In this document: piece after piece, positions 1-8,693 of the stretch | How the letters are laid out: each line of letters opens with the position of its first letter | Numbering within the stretch: position 1 is the stretch's first letter | From: an uncultured archaeon | GTDB lineage: Archaea; Iainarchaeota; Iainarchaeia; Iainarchaeales; GCA-2688035 | DNA: 64,000 nucleotides | Assembly (NCBI GenBank): GCA_964354805.1 | Contig: CAYHBD010000042.1 | Coordinates: forward strand, 1 to 64,000 | Reading direction: 5' to 3' | Translations under genes and position numbers: made by a program | Notes under the pieces: generated by a model | Told to the model about the DNA's origin: nothing | Database searches by the model: none | The model's input: only the letters and a program-made list of their open reading frames with translations

Positions 1-575
1 ACCGGAATGTCCTGTAATGCATGCCAGACAACAGCGCCATCCTTTGATATCTGCTCTTCAACCTTGAATGGAACAAGACCGCTCTGGCTTGACTTTATAG
101 TGTAACTGAACTCTATCTGCTTGCCCTCGCCGCTTTCACCAATAATCACATCGCTGAAAAGGGGCATTGCAGGAAGGTCTCTGCTTATTTCAATTACCCT
201 GCTGGCTAAAATGTTTGAATCATTGCACACCATCTCCAGGAAAAGCGTCTTCACGCCCTTCAAATCGCTTGGCATAATCAGGGAAACATCTTCGGTAACA
301 ACTTCGCCTGTTTTAAGGTAAAAGTTATCGCTTCCCTGGACAAGCTTCTCGCTCTCGCTGCCAAACCAGTAAACCAATTGGGCTGAACAGGCAGGCCCTG
401 ACATGTTGCCGGCTGAAAAAGAGAAATCAAGCCTGCCGCCTGCCTTGACAGGGGTTTTAATGCTTTTTATTTTCAGCTCTGTAATGTTTTCAGCCGCAGA
501 GCAGGGCTGGATTGCAAGCAGAAACATTAAGGCAAACAGCAGCAAAAGCAGGGGTTTTTTATTGAAGCAAAACAT
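1..575 (-). CDS. Partial (runs off window) signal-peptide Ig-like membrane protein, paralog of the next two genes
   Basis: Read by hand from ATG at 575: MFCFNKKPLLLLLFALMFLL...PVKAGGRLDFSFSAGNMSGPACSAQLVYW...EMVCND, colinear with ORFs 699-2216 and 2320-3711. Confidence 0.85.
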   Translation of the reverse strand, partial: MFCFNKKPLLLLLFALMFLLAIQPCSAAENITELKIKSIKTPVKAGGRLDFSFSAGNMSGPACSAQLVYWFGSESEKLVQGSDNFYLKTGEVVTEDVSLIMPSDLKGVKTLFLEMVCNDSNILASRVIEISRDLPAMPLFSDVIIGESGEGKQIEFSYTIKSSQSGLVPFKVEEQISKDGAVVWHALQDIP

Positions 576-698
576 CGGAATCCGAATAATATAACAGCGT
601 TTCAATATAAAATATTTACCTATACGTCCCCAGAAAAGCCATAAGCGGTTAGCAGTTAACTATGCACAGCCCTCAAAACAACCATAAGTCGTTAGCGC

Positions 699-2216
699 TT
701 ACCTAAGCGCATTGCCAAGCATGCCATCAGCGCCGATTGCCGGATTTCTGCTTTTAATCTTTTTTGCAATAAGTGCCTTTTTCCCTGCTTTTTGGGCGCG
801 CTTTTCAGCGCGCTTTTCAACATTTACTTGTGTTATAACCAATGGCTTGCTTTCCTCGCAGCTTATTACAGCGGGCAATGCTATGCTGTTTGCTTCTGCC
901 TGTGAAACAAGCAAGGGCACCCTGTAGAAAATGCAGCCTGAGTGCATGGCTCCGACTTTTTCAAGAAAGAACCTGACAACAGGCGTGCCATCTATGGCTT
1001 GCATCTCGCAGTCGGCATCTATTTCCATGGCATCTTCCGCCAAAAAATCCGGGATTGAGGCAAGCAGCACAAGGTTCCGCCAGTTCCTGTTCGTGTTATT
1101 GCTTATTGTTATTGCAACAGTTGTTTCGCAGGACATTCTGTTGGAATAGTCCGTGAAAATAAACCCTTTAACTATTTGCGTGATTGGAATTCTGCCTGCA
1201 GCCTCAGCGCATTTCTCTCTCTCCTTTGCAGACATGCCTGCCGCATCCAGCAGCTGGCTTAGATCAAACTCGTCGGCTATGCCGCCTGACTCTGACTGCA
1301 CAATGCAGGCTCTTTTCTTTTTCATTGAAACAGGCGCAGCGCTGCCGCCTGGGGCAATGCCGCCAAGCATTGCAGCCTGCCTTGCCAGGTGCGCTCTTGG
1401 GGAAATAAGCTTTGTTGTTATAACAACAGCCGCAAACAAAAGCAGAATCAGGGCTGCAGCAGTGAGTGCTTGCAGCAAAGGAAAAGGCGCTGCAGCAGGT
1501 GCTACAGTGAATAGCCTAGTAATCTCGGCTGATTCACTGCCATACGCTGCCTTTACAACCAGCGTATAGTTGCCTGGCAACAAAATCGGGCCAAACCTGT
1601 TTAAGCTAATGCTGCCTGTTATTGGGACCTTTTGCGCTGCCCTCCAAAAAACGGAATTGTCCTGCAGTATTTGCTCTTCAACCTGAAAGGGGACTGTGCC
1701 GCTTTGGGTTGAGTTTATTGTGTAATTGAATTCAATTTGGCTGCCTTCACTGCTTTCCTTGATGGCAAGGTCGCTGAAAAGGGGCAGTGGTGGCATTTTT
1801 TCCTTTGCCTCAATTGCTTTATTTGCCAGAACAGCTGCATCATTGCACTTCATTTCAATAAAAAAAAACAGCGTGCCGCTTGCATCGCTTGGCACCAGCA
1901 GGATGCCTTTTGCTGCCTTTGTTTCGCCTTTGCCCAAAAAAAAAGTGTCACTGCCCTGGCTTAATCTCACTGTTTCAGCGCTGCCTTGTGCTAATTCTAC
2001 TGCTTCGCCGCTTCCCTCAATCCAATACTCTATTTGGGCAGCGCATTCTGGACCAATCCTGTTGCCTGCTGAAAAAGAAAAATTCAGTGCTGTGCCTGCC
2101 TCAACAACAACAGGAATTTCTTCAACCCTCAGCTCCGTCACATTGCCGGCGGCTGCGGCAAAAGCAGGGCAAAAAAAAAGCCATAGCGCCAAAGCAAAAA
2201 ACAAAAATTTTTTCAT
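699..2216 (-). CDS. Surface/membrane protein: signal peptide, two Ig-like domains, TM helix, C-terminal beta-rich domain
   Basis: ORF 699..2303; likely start MKKFLFF (ATG 2216) downstream of a TATA box; clear paralog of 2320-3711. Confidence 0.8.
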   Translation of the reverse strand: MKKFLFFALALWLFFCPAFAAAAGNVTELRVEEIPVVVEAGTALNFSFSAGNRIGPECAAQIEYWIEGSGEAVELAQGSAETVRLSQGSDTFFLGKGETKAAKGILLVPSDASGTLFFFIEMKCNDAAVLANKAIEAKEKMPPLPLFSDLAIKESSEGSQIEFNYTINSTQSGTVPFQVEEQILQDNSVFWRAAQKVPITGSISLNRFGPILLPGNYTLVVKAAYGSESAEITRLFTVAPAAAPFPLLQALTAAALILLLFAAVVITTKLISPRAHLARQAAMLGGIAPGGSAAPVSMKKKRACIVQSESGGIADEFDLSQLLDAAGMSAKEREKCAEAAGRIPITQIVKGFIFTDYSNRMSCETTVAITISNNTNRNWRNLVLLASIPDFLAEDAMEIDADCEMQAIDGTPVVRFFLEKVGAMHSGCIFYRVPLLVSQAEANSIALPAVISCEESKPLVITQVNVEKRAEKRAQKAGKKALIAKKIKSRNPAIGADGMLGNALR

Positions 2217-2255
2217 TCCCAGAAACCCCGATTTATTCAATAAAATAATGCACAC

Positions 2256-2273
2256 TTTATATAAAATAGTTTC
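2256..2273 (-). promoter_or_regulatory. BRE/TATA promoter GAAACTATTTTATATAAA
   Basis: Identical 18-mer also upstream of the paralog 2320-3711 (twice); archaeal BRE+TATA layout. Confidence 0.65.
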
Positions 2274-2319
2274 TGGTTGGGAAAAATTTAAGCAATTAAC
2301 CACAGGGGCCTGATTTTCG

Positions 2320-3711
2320 CTAATTTTTGTCTTTTGCGCCTTCCTTTGAATTCTTTGTTAACACGCTTTTGGCCGGCTCTTCCTTGATTTTTTTCATTTT
2401 GACGATTTTTATTTTTTTCAACGGTATGCGCACCCCTTGTTCAAGCGCAACAACAGCCGGCAGGGCAATTGATTCAACCTCCTGCTGCGCTATCAGCTTC
2501 GGCGCCCTGTAAATGATGCTGGCTGATGTAAGGGCGCCAATTTTTTCAACAGTGAACTTTATTGCACTGCCTTTTTCAGCTGCCTGCATTTCAACATCGC
2601 CGGCGATTTCGCTGACAGCCCCGCTGAGGAAAGCAGGTATCTTTGCTATAAGCACAACATTTGCCCAATCCCTGTTGCTGTTGTTTGATACAGCGATTTT
2701 AACAACTGTCTCAAAAGTGGTTTTTTCGCGATCTGCAGTGAAAATGTAGCTCTTGACTGTTTGGATAACAGGCACTGTTGTTGCAACAGCAAACGCGTTT
2801 CTTTTCTCCTCCTCTGAAAAGCCTGCGTCCTCCAATAAACCATTCAGTGCATTGCTGTCAAGCACTCCGCTTGCCTCAGATTCAGCCAGGCAGATACCCT
2901 GCCTTGCTATCGGCTCTTCGGCAATTGACCTCCTTGCCGCAGGCCAGATGAACCTGGCTGCAATCAGGGTTGCCGCAAAAAACAGCAGCAGCAAAGCAGC
3001 GATTGACAGCAGAGGGAAAGCGCTGGGTGGCTCGGCAACTGAAAATTCCCTTGAAATAGTTGCCGTCTTGTCGCCGACAGTTGCGGCAACAACAAGCGAA
3101 TAGCTGCCTGGCTGCAGCATTGGCCCTTTTTTTGAGAAAGCGCCGCTGCCTGTAATTGAGGATTGCTGCGAGTACTGCCATACTACATTGTTGTCCTGCA
3201 ATATTTTTTCTTCAATCGAGATAATCAGCTCATCACTGCTGTTTGATTTTATTTTGTAAGAAAAAGCGATTGGCTCGGCAGGCTTGCCTTCGGTTACATC
3301 CAAGGCATCGAATTCCAGAATAGTCGGCACAGGGGTTACAACCTTGATCGGCTTGCTTGCAATCACTGCAGCGTCATTGCACTGCATTGCAACAAAAAAG
3401 GTCTCAATCCCCTTGGTTCCCTCAGGAACCAGCAGGCTGCCAGACTGTTTTTTTGTTTCAGCGCCTGCAAGAAAAACAGTGTCCTGCCCTGCAATTACTT
3501 TTTCGCTTTCCGTACCAATCCAGTAATCTATTTTGGCGGCGCATTCAGGGCCAACCCTGTTCCCGACATTGAAAGTGAATTCAACTACATTGCCTGCCTC
3601 AGCCTGCCATGAAACGCTTTCAATGCGCACTTCAGCGATGTTCACCGCTATTGCATTCGCTGAAAAAAGCAAAAGGAAAAGCAAAAAACAAATATTCTTC
3701 AACAGCCCCAC
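2320..3711 (-). CDS. Surface/membrane protein, paralog of 699-2216
   Basis: 463 aa; signal peptide, GNRVGPECAAKIDYW, MQCND, TM helix, shared C-terminal domain. Confidence 0.85.
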   Translation of the reverse strand: MGLLKNICFLLFLLLFSANAIAVNIAEVRIESVSWQAEAGNVVEFTFNVGNRVGPECAAKIDYWIGTESEKVIAGQDTVFLAGAETKKQSGSLLVPEGTKGIETFFVAMQCNDAAVIASKPIKVVTPVPTILEFDALDVTEGKPAEPIAFSYKIKSNSSDELIISIEEKILQDNNVVWQYSQQSSITGSGAFSKKGPMLQPGSYSLVVAATVGDKTATISREFSVAEPPSAFPLLSIAALLLLFFAATLIAARFIWPAARRSIAEEPIARQGICLAESEASGVLDSNALNGLLEDAGFSEEEKRNAFAVATTVPVIQTVKSYIFTADREKTTFETVVKIAVSNNSNRDWANVVLIAKIPAFLSGAVSEIAGDVEMQAAEKGSAIKFTVEKIGALTSASIIYRAPKLIAQQEVESIALPAVVALEQGVRIPLKKIKIVKMKKIKEEPAKSVLTKNSKEGAKDKN

Positions 3712-3735
3712 ATTAAACCCAGTAATATAACTGCT

Positions 3736-3814
3736 ATTTTATATAAAATAGTTTCCCCAAGCCAAAAAAAAGGTTCACAAGAAATATGGCATTTTATATA
3801 AAATAGTTTCCCCA
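3736..3814 (-). repeat. Tandemly duplicated promoter (24-bp exact repeat, 55-bp period)
   Basis: attttatataaaatagtttcccca at 3736 and 3791; a further repeat agcacgcccaaaca...tcacaag follows. Confidence 0.8.
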
Positions 3815-3889
3815 GCACGCCCAAACAAAATCACAAGTCCCAAGCACGCCCAAACAGATTCACAAGAATGCGGCTGCTGCAAAAAAAAG

Positions 3890-6082
3890 TCAGTATTTCC
3901 TTTTCTCCCTGAAAGTTAAAAATAAGACCCATGCAGCCCCGGCTATTGCAAGCAATGCGATCAAATAAGCCGGAGTGCTCGGCAGCGCGAGAATTGACGC
4001 GCCTGTAGCTGTTCTGCGCAAGGAAATGTCTTCCAAAAGCTCTAATTGCTGCTCATCACCTGCCTGCCCAAGCTTTGCTGCAATTATTGCATCTCTCTGC
4101 AGGTACAAAAAGAGCAGGAAAACAATAATCAATGCAATTGCAATCAATGTAATCCAGGCAATCTTTCCCATGCCCGCATTTCTTCTGTGCATGCGGGATT
4201 TGGGTTCCAGCCACAGCCTGTAGAGCAAAAGCAGTTCAACAAGCAGCAGCAGGGCTATCAGTATAGGGATTATTTCAAAAAACGGCAGCAATGCCTCAAT
4301 CTGCGGAATCAGCCAACCGAGTATTGGAACCAATTCAGCCCTCAATTTTTTTTCAAAATCAATGCTGTCCTTTTCAACCTGGTCGCCATAGGCAGCCGCT
4401 ACCTCAAGCCTGTAATTGCCTGGCTCCAATCCGTAAACCTCTTCAAAAAAACGCCTGCTGACTGTTATCAGAACAGTCTGCTTCTTCTGCCAGACAATGC
4501 GGTCATCCTTGAAAATTTTTTCCTCGACAATTATCGGCAAAGTCGCGTCCCTGTTCGAGGAAATATCAAGGGCAAAGGTCACTGGTTGCTCCTCTTCGCC
4601 TGGCAGCAGGGAAGAGGTCTTTAATTCAATTTTTGTTGGGGCACCGACCATTATTGAAATGGTTTTTTTCAGCGTAATTCTCTTCTGGCCTGCCCTCGCC
4701 AAACTGAGGTAAAAGTCATACCTGCCTGACATTTCCTCGGATGAAAGCAATGCCTCGCTTATCTCCCTGCTTTCCCCTGCCAAAAGATAAATTGTTTCAC
4801 TGCCGCTCACCACCTTTTCGCCGCCTTTCTCCAGCCAGTAAGTGATGTAGGCATTGTCATTAACATTTGTGCTGTTTTTTACAACAAAAGTGAAATCAAC
4901 TCTTTCGCCGGCTTCTACCGGATCGTCAATCCTGATAAGATTCAAATCGAAAATGCCCTTTGCAGCAGGGGGAGTAACAGGAGGCGCTGGCGGACCGCCT
5001 CCGCCGCCTCCGCCGCCACCGCCTCCTGGCCCGGGAGTCGGGGTAACTGGGGTAGTGGGAGCAGCATAGTCGGCGCTTGAAATCAGGCTGTTGTTGTCAG
5101 CGTAATCCCTTGCTTTAACATAGTAAGTGTGGTTGGCTGATGCGCTGCCTGAGAAGGTGTAGCTTGCCACAAGCCCTGCCTCAACCCAGCTGCCGCTGTC
5201 CTCCCTGACATAATAGCTTTCAATTCCTGTAAAAGAATCGCTGCCGCTCCAGCTTACAACAACATCGCTGCCGCTGCCGGCTGCACTCACGCTTGCAATC
5301 GTTGGGGCAGTTGCATCATAGTGGATTAAAACGCTCTGCTGGGCTGCGGCTTGCCCGGCATCATTGTTTGCATCAATGCTTAAATTAGTGTCAGCATCAG
5401 CTGCCAAGCCTGTTTCAGTATAGCTGCAGTGGAAATGCCCGCTGAATTCAGTGCAGTGGATGCTGTAATCGAAAACAGCGCTTGCTGCGCCGTTCAGGTC
5501 AACCCTGATGCTTGCACCGTTTATATCATCCGATGTGTTTTTGTTCACGTCAAAGCTTACTGTTATGCTGCCGTTTGTGTTTGTGTCATTTGCCGGAGAG
5601 AAAATCTCTATTTCTGCCACCTCTAAATAGTAGGCGGTTATTTTAGTTCCAGCGCTGGAGCTATTCGAGTCATCGATGCAGAAGGGCGTAACATAATAGG
5701 TTCCCTTGGTTGTCAAATAAGCGGCTATATTTTGTGAAATGATTGCAACATCGCCGGCGACTGTATAAGAAATATTGTTCAAGTCAGCTGTATTCGCGCC
5801 GGTTATTGTTGCATTGGCTTTGTTTAAATCACCTATTCCGTTAGGGTCGGCGCATTGAAAGCCGAGAATTACTGCGCCGCTGCCAGCCCAATTTGAGGGC
5901 GAAACATTCCCATCATTCACTGTTGGAGCAACATTGTTTACTGTCACAACAATGGTTATAAGGGAAGAATTGCTCCCGGGCAAGTAAAACAGCAAAAAAA
6001 TGCAGACAAAAGCAATAGCCTGAATGCTTTTGCCCATGGCAATTAAGTGCAAAAATCGCCCCATCTCACTATGTTTATACAC
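3890..6082 (-). CDS. Surface protein: Ig-like domains, Pro/Thr and poly-Gly linker, Ig pair related to the neighbouring paralogs, three C-terminal TM segments
   Basis: 730-aa ORF (start probably ATG 6037); PTTPVTPTPGPG(G)n linker; DPVEAGERVDFTF...YW...SGSETIYL matches the paralog family. Confidence 0.8.
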   Translation of the reverse strand: MYKHSEMGRFLHLIAMGKSIQAIAFVCIFLLFYLPGSNSSLITIVVTVNNVAPTVNDGNVSPSNWAGSGAVILGFQCADPNGIGDLNKANATITGANTADLNNISYTVAGDVAIISQNIAAYLTTKGTYYVTPFCIDDSNSSSAGTKITAYYLEVAEIEIFSPANDTNTNGSITVSFDVNKNTSDDINGASIRVDLNGAASAVFDYSIHCTEFSGHFHCSYTETGLAADADTNLSIDANNDAGQAAAQQSVLIHYDATAPTIASVSAAGSGSDVVVSWSGSDSFTGIESYYVREDSGSWVEAGLVASYTFSGSASANHTYYVKARDYADNNSLISSADYAAPTTPVTPTPGPGGGGGGGGGGGPPAPPVTPPAAKGIFDLNLIRIDDPVEAGERVDFTFVVKNSTNVNDNAYITYWLEKGGEKVVSGSETIYLLAGESREISEALLSSEEMSGRYDFYLSLARAGQKRITLKKTISIMVGAPTKIELKTSSLLPGEEEQPVTFALDISSNRDATLPIIVEEKIFKDDRIVWQKKQTVLITVSRRFFEEVYGLEPGNYRLEVAAAYGDQVEKDSIDFEKKLRAELVPILGWLIPQIEALLPFFEIIPILIALLLLVELLLLYRLWLEPKSRMHRRNAGMGKIAWITLIAIALIIVFLLFLYLQRDAIIAAKLGQAGDEQQLELLEDISLRRTATGASILALPSTPAYLIALLAIAGAAWVLFLTFREKRKY

Positions 6083-6133
6083 TTAAACTAATTAAATGTT
6101 TTGCGGGCGAATTTTATTTAAATACACGCAATT

Positions 6134-6931
6134 CTACCGCAGCCCGCCCCTCAATCGCTGCTTTGCTGACCTAATATACAGCAAAGAAAAAGCTATTATG
6201 CAAACAGCAACTATGACAGCTACAATTAAAATAAATGACTCGAAAGAAAGCGTTAAGCCGCCTAAAACAAAAAAAGCGCTTTGGCCAACAGGCACTATTT
6301 TTTCTTTTTCCACCACTATCACATTCGGCGCTTCCTTATCCTCGGGGCATTTCCCCTGTTCATCGGCAACCTGGCCGCTCTCGCACAAACGCGGGCATTC
6401 TTCATCCTGCCTCACAACAAAGCCGCCTGGGCAGTCTTTTCTAACCCGCCAAAAAGGCACAGCAGAAAATCGCGGGTCAGCTGAATCGCCGACAGTAATA
6501 TTCATTTTTGCTGTTGAAGCCGACATTATTTTTGTTCCGCCGGCAGAATTAGTCCTGGTTGCCCGAATCAAAAGAACGAACTTGCCAAACTCAACCTTTG
6601 GAATCAGGGTTATGAGAACAGGCGCGCTATCGTTGTCAGAAAGTGCCAGCGTAGCAGGATCAACATTCCAGTCAAATATTTCGTCTAATTCGAAGTCCTT
6701 TTCCTGCAAACTCAATTCAATTGTATAGTAGCCCTGCTCACAGTAGCCGGTTCCAGAACTGCTGTTCAAAACCTTTGTTGTAAAAAAAGCCGGATTGCCT
6801 TTCTGCAGTTTCACATCATCCCACTCAACAGACTGGGTCAAGCCAACACAGCTCAGAGAATAAACAGAGCTGGCAATAAACAAGACAATTAAAAACAGTG
6901 CCAAGAAGCCTAAAAAGCGCATTTCCCCCAT
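6134..6931 (-). CDS. Secreted Ig-like, Cys-rich protein with C-terminal TM anchor
   Basis: 265 aa; N-terminal signal, CPGG..CPRLC..CP motif, hydrophobic C-terminus with basic tail. Confidence 0.75.
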   Translation of the reverse strand: MGEMRFLGFLALFLIVLFIASSVYSLSCVGLTQSVEWDDVKLQKGNPAFFTTKVLNSSSGTGYCEQGYYTIELSLQEKDFELDEIFDWNVDPATLALSDNDSAPVLITLIPKVEFGKFVLLIRATRTNSAGGTKIMSASTAKMNITVGDSADPRFSAVPFWRVRKDCPGGFVVRQDEECPRLCESGQVADEQGKCPEDKEAPNVIVVEKEKIVPVGQSAFFVLGGLTLSFESFILIVAVIVAVCIIAFSLLYIRSAKQRLRGGLR

Positions 6932-7267
6932 TACCCCTTACCTTAATCCTTTCTGAAAAAATTTATATATTGTATTGTTATAGCAAAAAGCCTAATAATT
7001 GAACATTGAATTGCTTTTTGCATATAGCAAACTGCAATAAAAAATTCAAAAATATAGGCAGTTCGCTATAGCTTGAAAAACAGCCCCAACCCGTGTTTTA
7101 GGGGCTGCTTGCTTGAAATAGCAGCCGGAAGCCAAAAAAACTGCTTTTCACAGAATCAACCAAGGCCAACGATTTTTTTGTAAAACGGCACCCTGCTGCT
7201 ACAGGGGGCGTTGGATTAAAACCATGAAAAGCACAAGGATACAACTTTGCTAATGCAACAATTCATC

Positions 7268-7370
7268 CAACACTTTGAACAATGAAATAATTTATTTTCT
7301 TAGTTCAAAGTGTTGCCAACACTTTGCCAATTGAAATAAACAAATTTATTTTTCTTTTGGCAAAGTGTTG
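7268..7370. repeat. Two tandem related hairpins (13- and 14-bp inverted repeats)
   Basis: caacactttgaac/gttcaaagtgttg (7268-7315) and caacactttgccaa/ttggcaaagtgttg (7317-7370) with similar AT-rich loops. Confidence 0.8.
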
Positions 7371-7447
7371 TCACGCTGTTAAAACAATGATGCGTTCTTG
7401 CTGCAAAGTTGTAAAATAAAAGCAAAAAAAAGCGCTTTTTTGCAGAG

Positions 7448-8365
7448 TTAAACAGTCTCGACTTGGTCGTAGGCAATGTTTCCGTCATAGGCGCCTGATT
7501 GCTGCAGATTGGGGATATCCAACCAAAGATACAAATTAAAATAATTGCTGTCAGGATAAATGCCCCTGTGGAAAGAGGACGTAACAGTATTAGCGTCGAC
7601 AGTGAAAGGAATGCTGAGGGTAGGATTATTAGAGAGATACCAGCTCTGGTTAACATCCTTAATTATATACCGTATATCAAAAGAAGTGTAAGGAAGCGCA
7701 TTGAAATCACTGCCCTTGCAGGTAACATTCAAATCAACATTGCCGTTATTGGTAGTTTTAATATAAGCATTAACAGTACTGGCATTATCAAAAGGATTAT
7801 TAGTGGAATTAGGGTCGCCGCTGTAAGTGCCGCTGCTTGTATCCTCACTCCTGTTAAGAACCTTGCTCAACATCAAAGCATTCCTGTCAACAGCGTTCAT
7901 GTCATACCTGCCGGTGTTATCATCAACAGCAACATAAATATTCACATCGCCCCACAAAAACTTGTCCTTCCAGGCAGCAGCAGGGATCTTAATGCAATAA
8001 ACATTGCCGCCCTGGGTGCAGCCATTGCTGGTTCCCAGGCTCAAATTATCATCCTTATTCTTCAAATACATGCTGTTGTGATCCCAATCCTCTGCCGTAG
8101 AATTCAAATCAGTGTAACTAAAAATAGTGACCCTGAAACTCTGCGTGTTAATATCACTAGCGCCATTCGGATCAGTAACAGTAACCTCCAAAGTAAAAAG
8201 CTGAGTACCAGTAAAACTCTTATTAACAGCACAAGTGCCGTCACAAATCCTAATGCTTCCAATAGTCGGGGCAACGCCGCCAACAGTTGCACTGATTGTG
8301 ACAAGCGCGCTAATCAAAGGGGCAGTCACTGTTGCAACTATTGCAAAAACAACTAAAGTGAGCAA
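7448..8365 (-). CDS. Secreted D-x-N-rich protein, near-duplicate of the C-terminal ~270 aa of 8694-10910
   Basis: 305 aa; long identical peptide blocks shared with the neighbour (e.g. DLNSTAEDWDHNSMYL, KFLWGDVNIYVAVDDN); start may be ATT at 8398. Confidence 0.85.
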   Translation of the reverse strand: MLTLVVFAIVATVTAPLISALVTISATVGGVAPTIGSIRICDGTCAVNKSFTGTQLFTLEVTVTDPNGASDINTQSFRVTIFSYTDLNSTAEDWDHNSMYLKNKDDNLSLGTSNGCTQGGNVYCIKIPAAAWKDKFLWGDVNIYVAVDDNTGRYDMNAVDRNALMLSKVLNRSEDTSSGTYSGDPNSTNNPFDNASTVNAYIKTTNNGNVDLNVTCKGSDFNALPYTSFDIRYIIKDVNQSWYLSNNPTLSIPFTVDANTVTSSFHRGIYPDSNYFNLYLWLDIPNLQQSGAYDGNIAYDQVETV

Positions 8366-8693
8366 TGCTTTATCAGCAAAAAAACCTTTTTCCGTAATTT
8401 AACCCCCAAACCATTTGCAAATTGTTGTAAATATTATTGCTTTAGTATTTATATATTTTTCCTTAAGCGGTTTTTGACCTGCCGCATGCCATATTGCATG
8501 TTTTTTGAGCCTGTTGCAGGCCACATTGCACAACAATAGGCAATTGTTATACCATGCAATCCCCAGCTTTTTTAAAAGAACAATGGTTTAATTGAATTTT
8601 TTTATTTCCGGCGATTTCCCAAAGAATTCAAAAAAAAAATTCTTTTGATTAAAGCCCGGACAGCACACGCATTGCCTGCTTCCAAAAAAAGCA

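Noticed and set aside
7499-8356. 285-aa plus-strand ORF (also 35135-35992, 57162-57917 and similar)
   Set aside because: Antisense shadows of well-supported genes caused by codon bias; no recognisable protein features
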